DNA of 63,948 nt, filler included, from Paramecium tetraurelia (Eukaryota), in NCBI GenBank assembly GCA_000165425.1. It is 6 parts of 5 records of this genome, joined end to end, with 100 filler letters (N's around TTAATTAATTAA, not from the genome) between each part and the next. Parts side by side here need not be neighbours in the genome. Positions count along the whole stretch, not along the records: positions 15,686 to 33,407 come from CT868105.1; positions 33,508 to 51,219 come from CT868106.1; 4 more parts are not named here. One strand, given 5' to 3'. The first letter of the stretch is position 1. Every line of letters starts with the position of its first letter. This document shows positions 25,943-37,329 of the stretch, one piece after another. Position numbers and translations under genes: made by a program. The notes beneath the pieces were generated by a model that made no database searches, was not told the origin of the DNA, and saw nothing but the letters and a program-made list of their open reading frames with translations.

Positions 25943-28900
25943 ACTATCAAAATAGTATCTTTTCATCATTCTTGTGCTAGTTATACTGTTTTTGGTTAAG
26001 ATTAATGCACTTCGTGTTCAAGATATACCGATAGAGTTGGAACTACTTTTTAATGTCTTTGCAACGATCCACACTTTTTTAACGACCCATTCTTTTTAGA
26101 ATGCTAACCATGCCATCTAACGTGCAAACTTGTAATGACATTTATGAAACTATTTGTCTAACTTGTGACACTATCCACAGAGAATTAGTCATATCAAAAT
26201 GTGATTGCTACCCTGGTTATTACAGCACAGGCATTCTACAGTGTTCTTTTAAATATTTAACACCTATATTAGAGTGCTATAATGCCTGTTTGTCATGTTT
26301 TTCTTTATCACTTGCTCCTCAGCCTAAAATAGAGGAATGAAAGCAAACAAATGCGTCTGTAAGGAAAACATAATAGTATCATCAACTAACGATTCAAATT
26401 GTTCAAGTAAATTTCCATTTAAATTTAGATTGCTCATATCGTTGCTCGTCTTGCACTATAGCTATTAATAATTGCACAGCATGTCCTGATTAATCGTACC
26501 GCGATTTAGGGCCTGATAATTCTTGTTAATGTCCAGCTTATTTTTATGATGAACCTGGCAATCCCATTTGCATAAGTATTATTTTAAAATTAACTCTAGA
26601 GTGCCATCTTAGAGTTACGAAAATTAATATCAAACATACTTGTTAAACTTGCTAAGGGTCATAAATTAATTAATGTACTTCTTGTAATCTTCTAAGTAAA
26701 AGAGAATTAAACGTCAATGGAGAATGCGTTTGTAAGAATAATTACTTTGATGCAGGAGTATAAGAATGTTAAAGTATCGAGTAATCATAATATTAATAGC
26801 TTAAAGCAGCGATTCTTTAGAATGCGCTACTACTCCTACAAATTGCATATATTGTAATCCAGATAGATATTTATTCAGAATCACTTGCTTATGCAAAACA
26901 AAACTTTAAGGAAGCCATTTAACTACAATCAATTTAATTTATACATATCTAGTGCCAATAAGAAATCGATGTCAAAATAAATTAAATTCAATTTATGTAA
27001 AGGCTGCTATTTTAGTTGTGTATCCTGCAGTGGCCCATACGCAAATTAATGTTTGTCTTGTTTAAATTCAGAATCAAGAATTATGATTGCTTCAAGCTGT
27101 GTATGTTTAGAAAATTTATTTGATACCAGTGTCCCTAATTGCCAAAGTAACTAATTCATTCATTTATTAAGAATGCGATTTTCGATGTTAAGGATGTACA
27201 TCATTGGCTACTTTATGTAAATCTTGCCCAGCAGGAAGCTTAAGAATATATAATTCTTCAAGTTCTTCTTGTAATTGCCCTAATTCATATTATGATGATG
27301 GGGTTAATCCTCTTTGTTAAAGTAGTATTTTATAATAGCTTTAGAATGCGATTACACTTGTTTGACATGTAGAATGATATCGAGTAGATGTGACTCTTGT
27401 TGGGTAAACTCATAAAGAACCTATAATTCTTTATTATTTACATGCCTATGCGATGATCATTATTACGATTCGGGAACTCCTGTTTGTTAGTAATGTCATT
27501 ATTCTTGTTTGCTATGTAATGCTTTTGGGGCTGACTAATGTAAGAGCTGCTTACCATAAACAACGTCCTTTAGAATATTAAGCGGAAAGGTTTGTGAATG
27601 CCTCCCTGGATATTACGATGATGGATTTTCCGCAAATTGTTAAGGATGCGATGATAAATGTTTAAGCTGTATTAATTATTCATCCTACTGCACATCTTGT
27701 GAGTAAACAAGGTATTTAGACTAAGATCAATGTCTATGCAAAGCTGGTTATTTTTATGACGGCTCAAGCAATTGTATAAGATGTGATACAAACTGTTATA
27801 AGTGCAATATCAATTAAACATAATGTACAGAATGCGATCCAAATGGTTCAAGAATTTTGAACACTATTAATAATACTTGTTAATGTTAACCAGGCACCAC
27901 TGAGATAGATGGATTATGTTAAAATTGTGATGCGAATTGTTAGACATGTTCAAATACTACTACAAATTGTACATCTTGTAGTCTAATGAAATTACTAATT
28001 AATTCATAATGTAAATGTATCGATGGAACTTATTTATCAAATGTGGATAATAAATGCTAAAATTGTCATTCTACTTGTGAAACTTGCTATGGATTAGACT
28101 CATTTTGTTTGAGTTGCTCTTCAGATAACAATAGGATTATAGATAATACAAAACACACTTGTATTTGTATGGCTGGATATTATGAAGATATTGTAAATAA
28201 CTCTTGTTTCTAATGTGATCAAACATGCTTAACTTGTTTTGGTATTTCTTCATATTGTACACAATGTGATTCGAATCTGAACCTAACACTGAATTATTAA
28301 AATAGATGTGTTTGCAAATCAGGTTACTTTTTTAATCTCATTACTTAATAATGTTAAGGTATCATTTTATAATCAATTTAAGGTTGTCATTTTAGTTGCA
28401 CAGAATGTTTGACTTTAACTTAATGCTTAACTTGTGAATTAATGACTAGATATTTTGAGGGCGATACATCAAAATGTTTATGCAAGGATGGCTATTATGA
28501 AGCTAATCAAAAATCATGTTTATGTACTAATTATGATGAAAACTTTAGAATGTCACAGTAGTTGTAAAACATGTTAGACTTAATCAAATAAATGTCTCAC
28601 TTGTGAGGAATCTAATTTAAGATACCTATAAATGAACTTTTGTCCCTGTCTTGATGGTTACTATGATGTTGGAATTGAAACGTGTCAAAAATGTAGTGAC
28701 ATCTGTAAAACTTGCTAAACAAATTCAACCAAATGTTATTCATGTTACTCAAATCATCTTCGTGTGATAAATCAAAATACATGTACTTGCATTCCTGGGT
28801 ATTTCGATAATGCTTCATTGATATGTGAAAGTATTTAACTAATTAAATTAGAATGCTCAAATTCTTGTTAAACTTGCAAAAATTAAAAAGATTATTGTAC

Positions 28901-31900
28901 TAGTTGTGATGTGAATTAAAATAGATTAGATTAATCTATCATTCATAAATGTCCTTGCATCTCTGATTTTTATTAAGATTCTAATGAAATTTGTTAAAGT
29001 AGTTATTTTCTTTAATGAAGAATGTCATGTAAAATGCTCTGGATGTATAAATGAAAGAAATAATTGCTTAAGCTGCAAATATGTTTAAGGTTCCAATAGA
29101 TTAACAATTTCAAATTAATGTAATTGTAAAGATGGATATTATGACGATGATATCCAGATTATATGTAATAAATGTGATACCCGTTGCAAGACTTGTGATA
29201 AAGATCCGAAGAATTGTCTTAATTGTTTCAGTAACTTAAGAATAAATCCTCCTGATTGTAAATGTATGAATGGATACTTTGAAAATTAATATCTAACCTG
29301 TGAACGTAGCTATGTTTATTAAATACTAAGCTTGCGAAATTTAGTGTGATACATGTTAAACTATAGCCTCGAATTGTGTGACATGCAAAGAAGGTCGTAT
29401 AAACAAATTATGTGATTGCGAAGAAGGGTATTTTGAAGGTGGTCAACCTTTATGCATAAGTATACATTGAATCAATATTGAAGAATGCGATTTTTAATGT
29501 TAAAAGTGCAAAAATTATGCAACAAATTGCTTAACATGTAAAGGTGATCGATTGTAGAGTCCACTTTGTCGATGTTAAGATGGATATTATGATGACTTCT
29601 AAAGCTTAAATTGCTTGAGATGTGATTACACTTGTAAAACATGTACTTTGGATGGATGTTTATCATGCAATGGCAATAGAATCTTATCTAATCAAATGAC
29701 TTGTGATCCTCCCCCAAATTCAATTAGTTCATTATTAAATCCTTGGTGTTCAAGTATAGTAGTATTCATAATATAAAAGATTGCGAGGTAGCTGTGATGA
29801 AAATTAAATTATTAGATGATCTGACAGCAATAATTGTCCAATTTGATTTTCCCTTGAATCAAAATTTCTTTACAAGTTAGCTTGATAGCAATATTTGCTT
29901 TAACATCTTAGACCAGAACACTATATCTAAATTAGGAATAAATCCACAATGTGATATAGATCCAAATAATTAGCAACAATTAATATTGTATCTCGGTCAC
30001 AATCCAACAATTATTCCAGGGGACTCAATTAAATTTTTGTAAGATTCATTTGGTCACAATAATTGCAATAGAAAACTGCAACTTTTCTTTTCTAATAAAC
30101 TTGAAAAACCCTCTCACCCATTAGCCCCTGTTATAAAATATAATGTACCTACATATCTTATTAATCCTTGTGATGAGAACATCATTTTGATGGAATAAAA
30201 GCTTTATGATGGATTGAGAAGTTTTATCTCCATATCGTGGTCATTTATTTTGTAGGGAGAAAATGGAAACGGTGGTCTTGTAAATTTGGTTACAGAATTA
30301 ACAAATTTTCAATTATTAGATCTAACCATCCCAGAAAGAACCTTACCCATTTAGTCAAATATCACTTTATTTGTGGAAGTTCAAAATTTTGTTTTAGAAA
30401 AAAGTGTTTTTAAAATACTAATTTAAACACATGCTGGATAATTTCCGAGTATTTTTTCGAAACTTAAACAATACTATTATTCTTTTGAATTAATAAATCT
30501 GGTTTTCACTTTGAATAAGAAAGGTTGTATAGAAAATTCTCAAATTTCAAAAGATACTTCTTAGTATTAAATTAATTTTTATGAAATTTACAGAAATAAC
30601 TCTAAATCTAGGCCTTCAAATGTCAATTATACTAAATTAATTAACTCTGACTAATTAGAATTTAATATTCAAAGCTACTCTTTAAGTGCATAAACAGCTT
30701 ATACATTTCTATTAACAATATCGGATTCTTCAATTTAATATTATTCCGAGCAGAATGTAACTATTTAGATTACATCAGCTGGAATTCTCTGCCAATTTAA
30801 TGGAACAAAGAAGCTGTAAAGATACTCAGACGCTACAAATATATATATCCTTTGCAAAGATCTAGATGTTTAATATGATTGGAATTAAGACCCAAATTTG
30901 TCAATAATAGTTAGTTGTTTAGATCTAACTTTATTAGATGAATGTAAAGATTTTTAATTGAAAAAATTATAAATTAACTCTACCTAAACAAGTTAGATTT
31001 TTCCTAAAGCCACTTTCAAGCCATTCACAATTTAATCTTGGAAAGTAATTGCCACCAAAAATTCATTATCCTACACATATAAAATAACTATTGTATATTT
31101 AGAATATGACTTCAAGATCCTCGATATCGATTATAATAATGGATATTTGATAAGGCCAGTTAATACCTATGAAGATTTACAATTTACATTTAAAATACCA
31201 TTTTAAGATAGATAATATCTTTTAGATTATTAAATAGTAATAATTTATGATTTTCAATTAATTTCAATACTTCGACCTCAATACTTTAAATATTCCTTTT
31301 AATTATACGATTACTATTAATAATTTAATAAAGGAAATAAATTTAATCTTAAATTTTTAGCATAATATACTAATGATATCATTCCTTGCCAGACAGAATT
31401 TAGCTTAGCGTTAAATTAACCACCAGTTTGTAAATTTTAGATGCTGGAATAGAATATCAAAGTTTTAGAATCTCATAAAATGGCAATTAATTGTGAATAA
31501 TCAGAAGATAAACCATATCTTTATTAAATGAAAGTGTTTCTTTTTAAAGATGATTTTGAAGAGTTTCAAAATAAATCTTCAGATAATTCGCTACTTTTCT
31601 ACAGTTTTTAAAAATCAGAATAATTTAATAGGATATTTTCCTAATTTAGAAATAAATGTAATTTTTTAGATCATAGATTAAAGAGGGTCAATGACAAATA
31701 TTCAAAAGAACTTANNNNNNNNNNNNNNNNNNNNNNNNNNNNNNNNNNNNNNNNNNNNNNNNNNNNNNNNNNNNNNNNNNNNNNNNNNNNNNNNNNNNNN
31801 NNNNNNNNNNNNNNNNNNNNNNNNNNNNNNNNNNNNNNNNNNNNNNNNNNNNNNNNNNNNNNNNNNNNNNNNNNNNNNNNNNNNNNNNNNNNNNNNNNNN

Positions 31901-33407
31901 NNNNNNNNNNNNNNNNNNNNNNNNNNNNNNNNNNNNNNNNNNNNNNNNNNNNNNNNNNNNNNNNNNNNNNNNNNNNNNNNNNNNNNNNNNNNNNNNNNNN
32001 NNNNNNNNNNNNNNNNNNNNNNNNNNNNNNNNNNNNNNNNNNNNNNNNNNNNNNNNNNNNNNNNNNNNNNNNNNNNNNNNNNNNNNNNNNNNNNNNNNNN
32101 NNNNNNNNNNNNNNNNNNNNNNNNNNNNNNNNNNNNNNNNNNNNNNNNNNNNNNNNNNNNNNNNNNNNNNNNNNNNNNNNNNNNNNNNNNNNNNNNNNNN
32201 NNNNNNNNNNNNNNNNNNNNNNNNNNNNNNNNNNNNNNNNNNNNNNNNNNNNNNNNNNNNNNNNNNNNNNNNNNNNNNNAAAATTTAAAAGATTAATTAT
32301 TAAAGTACGTTGAAATCGGAAATGAATTCGGGATAATATATATGAAAAATTATTAGCCTATTAGGCAATTAATCTATACAAAAGATAAATAATAAAGTAG
32401 AAGGTTTCAAACTCTTCGTTGAGGTTGTTAGAATAAAATTAGCAAGACGAATGCTACAATAATGACACATCACTTTTTATTATTACTAATTAAGAACCAT
32501 TCTAGAAGAACAGCACAAATGTTTCATCCTTAGCAATAAGTTCGAAAAAGGTTGAGTCATAAATAGCAAATTTAATAAAGTTGAAGAAAAATCTTGAGAA
32601 TCAAAATTCGTAAAATACTTTAATTGTTGATACTCAATCAATTATAATGACTAAAGGTGTAATTTAAATGTTATAAATTTCGGTACAATTAATTGATAAT
32701 TAATTGTTGATTATTTCTCAGAATGAAACATCTGTAGAGAATTTAGAGCAAGTGACAAAGATAGCTGAAATGTTAATTTAATTAATCGATAATATTACTA
32801 TGCATATAAGTGACAATGTCGAAGTGAATGGTAAGGTTTTGTTAATTTAAGGAATGATATTGAAATTATAATTTTAATAACTTACAAAACCTAAATATAA
32901 TTAAGAGTTTTAATTGCAGAGTGATTACTTGGATAATTTAGTTGCATTCATGTAAAAGTAATAACTAACAGTAAATTATAACTACTATAATCTATCAGAA
33001 ATCTACAGAGCTATGCTCCAAATTTACTTAAATAGATCAGATTTTGAGATTGATTAAAATCATTTAGTCAAAACTATTTTAACTAATTCTCTTTATACTA
33101 ATAATTAAATTAATCAGCTTGAATTAAATGCATATTATAGAATTGACCTGGCTGAATTTCGGTATTGTCAAACTTCGAAAGAGACGTCTATATTTTTTGA
33201 ATATAATTATTATTGTATTAATCACTTAAAGGCAGATAAATTTGAAAAATGCGATTAAAAAATGGAAGAAATTGATAATCAAAGAACAAAACTCTTTTGT
33301 AAATGTAAATCATTAGGAAATTTATTTTTGATAAAAGTTGCTAATAAAACAATGACCCAATAAAATATTACATCTGTGAATTAAACATAATTTGATTTGT
33401 AGTAAAT
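25943..33407 (+). pseudogene. 5'-truncated paralogue of the Cys-rich surface protein: furin-like repeats, REJ/PKD-like region and GPS-like motif; lesions concentrated at 25943-27000
   Basis: Begins with a diverged copy of 24308-24580. It has a 1-nt deletion at ~26125, donor sites mutated GT>TT (~26249) and GT>AT (~26977), and Cys codons lost. Cys repeats are then largely open to ~29750, followed by FDFPLN..KLGINPQC..LGHNPTIIPGD, CKDLDVQYDWNQDP, LNQPPVC and, after the gap, YCINH..FEKC..LFCKCKSLGNLF. Confidence 0.7.
26610..26638. mobile_element. Putative internal eliminated sequence (IES), 27 bp plus one TA
   Basis: TAGAGTTACGAAAATTAATATCAAACA+TA interrupts the repeat; removing it and leaving one TA restores ECHLTCQTC. 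The left end resembles the TAYAGYNR consensus and the length matches the 26-28 bp IES peak. Confidence 0.72.
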
Positions 33408-33507
33408 NNNNNNNNNNNNNNNNNNNNNNNNNNNNNNNNNNNNNNNNNNNNTTAATTAATTAANNNNNNNNNNNNNNNNNNNNNNNNNNNNNNNNNNNNN
33501 NNNNNNN
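33408..33507. other. Artificial scaffold linker
   Basis: 44N-TTAATTAATTAA-44N. Confidence 0.95.
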
Positions 33508-33850
33508 ATAAGAGGAAAGAGATTGGGGATATGTTGTTAGAAGAGAGTATGATTATGTTCTTATCATTCTTAGATATCGTTATGATGTGACTTATTCCTC
33601 TCTTGTTGATGGTTGGGCATGTGCAGCTGCTGTTTCTATGGTCAGAATGTTTTAGACAAAGAGATTTTCATGGGCTCCTTATTTTGTAGTTTGGCCAATT
33701 GCTTATCTCTACTTTCAACCAATTAAATTTTTGAAACACAATAAAAAATACTTTGATATGTGCAATTTGGGTGAAACATTTTACCTTGGAAGAGAAAGAA
33801 ACAAGGTTCTGGCTGAATGTAACAGAATATTAGATAGAGAGGATTTCTGA
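33508..33850 (+). CDS. 3' part of a small membrane protein of unknown function
   Basis: EERDWGYVVRRE / intron / YRYDVTYSSLVDGWACAAAVSMVRMF..WAPYFVVWPIAYLYFQP..KKYFDMCNLGETFYLGRERNKVLAECNRILDREDF-TGA. Confidence 0.75.
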
Positions 33851-33986
33851 TCCTTATAATAACATAATAATAATAATAAAATAAAATATTTATGATTACC
33901 CTAACAACTACCAGAGTCTGTACTCTTCTGGGTTTGCAGATCAAAGTTTTTGTATCAAATTATAAAGAATTTAATTTATTTATAAT

Positions 33987-35062
33987 ATGTTCAATTACTT
34001 GAATGTTATCCAATTGATCATTATATCGATTAACATGTTCACTGGATTGATGAGAGCAGGTTTGACAATAACTAGAAAGAAAAATCCTATAGATAACTAT
34101 ATATTTTTGATGTTCTTTTTTGCAATCCTTACTCTCACAGCAGAAATCATTAATCTGTTTTTGTGCAAATAAACTGTTGAGATGCATCTGGTCTGTGTTG
34201 GAACTTGGATCACATTTTCATTGACACTACAATAATCATTGGCATTTATGGCCATACTGCAATTCCTAACATTTTTCCTTCTATAAACCCAATCAAAGGA
34301 GTTTCTTGATGAGATGAAGAAATCTCAAAACTAATTCATATTTTTTGCCATACTTGCACCAATCATTTTTAACTTACTCAATCTATTTGTCCATGATTCC
34401 CAGTACAGAATATTTTACCCTCCGAACAACAGATTTTAAGTGATAGTCCTATTTGCACCTTTAACCTTCCTGTTGATTATTATATCCATTTTTACAGGGT
34501 TGTCAATTAAAATGCTCAGAACGTAATAATTAATAATCAAGTAGATAGGAGTTCCTAAGATTTAACAATACAATTTCGTAAAAATTTCATTAAAACACTC
34601 AAAGTAGCATTATTCACCCAATTGATATGCTATACCCCGTTTTTATTGATTGTGATTGCAGCTCAATTCACAAATTAACTCAATTTCTATTATAATATCC
34701 TCTTGGCGTTAATCAACACCCAGATATTACAATACAATTATTTATTTGGCCTCAATCCCTACATACAAAAGATCTAGGTTTTAAAGATGTCAAAATTGTT
34801 GGGCATTGCTGCGTCTGATATTGAAGAAAGTGAATAATATTCCTATGCCCATACCTAAACCTAGACATTCACAGAAACTCAGTTAACCAACAATGTTAGA
34901 ATTTCAGCTACTCCATCAAAAGTGGCAGAAATGGCAATCTCTAGAGATTCATGCAACATTAAATCATAAACGCAAAAGCAACCTAAAATATTAGGATCCG
35001 AGAAGTAAAAATTAACAACAGTGGAAATGAAACAGAAAGCTAAAACCCATGTATCTAATTGA
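33987..35062 (+). CDS. Seven-transmembrane GPCR-like protein
   Basis: About seven hydrophobic segments; TM6-like LICYTPFLLI, TM7-like LFGLNPYI, Ser/Thr-rich cytoplasmic tail; one 26-nt intron at ~34522-34547; TGA at 35060-35062. Confidence 0.7.
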
Positions 35063-35112
35063 AATTAATATTATTCCTCTATTAATTCATTAATAATTAA
35101 TTTAAAAGTTTA

Positions 35113-35735
35113 ATGTCTTTAGTCAACATAACCAACATTGTTATTGATGATAAGCCATAGCCTTTCGATAGTCCAATCAATATTGACATTTTCTTTGATG
35201 TCATAGTTGACATTGAGGATGAAATCGAATGGATGTACATCAATATTTTAGTTGTAGGCTTCTCTTCATTGGCTCACCTAAAGATGAGTAACATGATCAG
35301 ATACTTGATTAGTTCTCAATGGGACCTCTTTAAGCCGGAGCTAAACATTTTACTTTAGAATGCAATCCTCCTGATTGGCAAAAAATTCCCCAAAACGAAT
35401 TACTGGGTATCACAGCCTTCATCCTCACGTGTTCCTACAGAGAAAAAGAATTCTTTAGAGTTGGTTACTATGTTTACACTACCTATACCTCTCAAGAGAA
35501 TATAGAGAACGATCCCCCTAAAATTATTATAGAAGATATTTCACGTTAAATCTTCAATAATAAACCCCGTATAACTCGATTTGAAATCGATTGGAAAGGG
35601 AATAATTAAAATTAAACTACGTCTGAACAAATTGATAATAAATAATTTATGTTCTAAGAACAACAAGAAAAATAGTCAGCCGATGTGACTGAGGTCGAAG
35701 ATCCATAACTAATTCAAAATGTATTCGACTCCTGA
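35113..35735 (+). CDS. ASF1: Histone H3-H4 chaperone ASF1
   Basis: MSLVNITNIV...EIEW / intron / LLFIGSPKDEQHDQILDQFSMGPL...LLGITAFILTCSYREKEFFRVGYYV...KPRITRFEIDW. Confidence 0.95.
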
Positions 35736-36564
35736 ATATATTTATATATATATATATAACTAAATAAATTAAAATAGTATAATTAATTAATTATTGATCA
35801 TGTAAATTTAAGAAGATAGCAGACATTTTTTAAGATATCCATGCATCCCTCCTTGAATATATTATTAATTTGACCATCTCATTAAATTCTTCACTTGATC
35901 ATCTTCAATGAAATTAATTAGATGATCTCAAATAATTCATTTTATAGGGTTCGTAGATTGATAAAAGCATTCGTTCTGATGTAATTAAAGTAGTTATAAG
36001 TGGGTAACCATTGTTTAGGATGCTTTGTTTGTATATGTAGATTGAGTTTTTAATTTAAAATTTATAATAAAAATTTAACAGTAAAATTAATTATAATTGT
36101 TTATTAATTTAAATGGAGAATTACCCAAACAATAATTATAGACAGAATTTTCATATTAGGTATCTACAGGATCTATCTACGCTAATCCATGATATTATAG
36201 AATGGGGTTTATTATTGCAGAAGACATTTTGATGATCAAAGCCAATGTCATAAGAACCTAATTCTAATGAAATAAATCTATTAAAGAAAAAAGATTAGTA
36301 CTAGATTTAAACTATATATTCAAATGTACTCAGATTACATTACAACGAATTTTGTTTTTAATCTTTATAATGATAAACTTGAATTTCCTCTTAATTCTTC
36401 AGTGTTGTATGTTGAATTTTACTTGAGAAATTGAATTTTATTTGTTGCTTAAATTCTAAATAGAATTAGGATTAGGATTAAAAACTTATCTAATAGGATA
36501 TATGTGTAAATTATAAATATAATACATTGAGGAATGTACAACCAAAAATAAATATAAAAAGTTT

Positions 36565-37089
36565 TCAAAGATTTCTCACCTTTTGTTCAGTGATTTTGGC
36601 TCCTTTAAGGGCGGCTTCGTAATAAGTACTTTCAACTTCAAAGTATATTTATAAACCATCTACTCTTTCATTCTCAAGTAAGTATTGCACCCATTTCTTT
36701 TGTCCAAAAAAGATTTAACCTAGTTATCTACCAATACCTGAGTGTTGGAATAGTTCATTAAAATCCTTAAAGCTGTCATGATATCTAGGATTAGTCTTAC
36801 GTTTGGAGATGAATTTTTAAACAACTGGACATCGAATGGAGTCAACCTCAGTCACAATCCAATTCCTGAAGTGTCGACCAAAGGTGTAGGGAACATTCTT
36901 GTATCGGCCTTGTCTTTTCTTTTTAATTGAGGGGCTTTTTGAGTCTATTATATTGGGATCGGTGTCAGCCTCAGCTTAACACCAGTTATTGGTTAGCTAA
37001 AATTCAACTTAATCACACTCACTGTGTTAATATAGCTGCTCCTCCTCATTAAAACTATCTCGTCTGAGTAATGGACACATTGCGTTCAT
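36565..37089 (-). CDS. Uncharacterised Paramecium-family protein, 174 aa, intronless
   Basis: Clean ATG-to-TGA frame of 525 nt in the ciliate code: MNAMCPLLRRDSF...KKKRQGRYKNVPYTFGRHFRNWI... Confidence 0.8.
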
Positions 37090-37329
37090 TTTAATTATTT
37101 AAATTAATATACGTAAAAAATCTTAGTTCATAAATCATTTTATATGGTTCTTAGAAATGTATATAATGATAAGTTTCATTAAAGGGGTACTAGCTATTGC
37201 ATCGAAATTGAAAAGTAACACAATTCAAGGACCGCACAAGAATGCTTCTACTTCGAATAAATTTAATTTGATGAAAGTGCAATTAATTAAACAGTTATAT
37301 AAATATTAATAAATTATTATTATATATTT

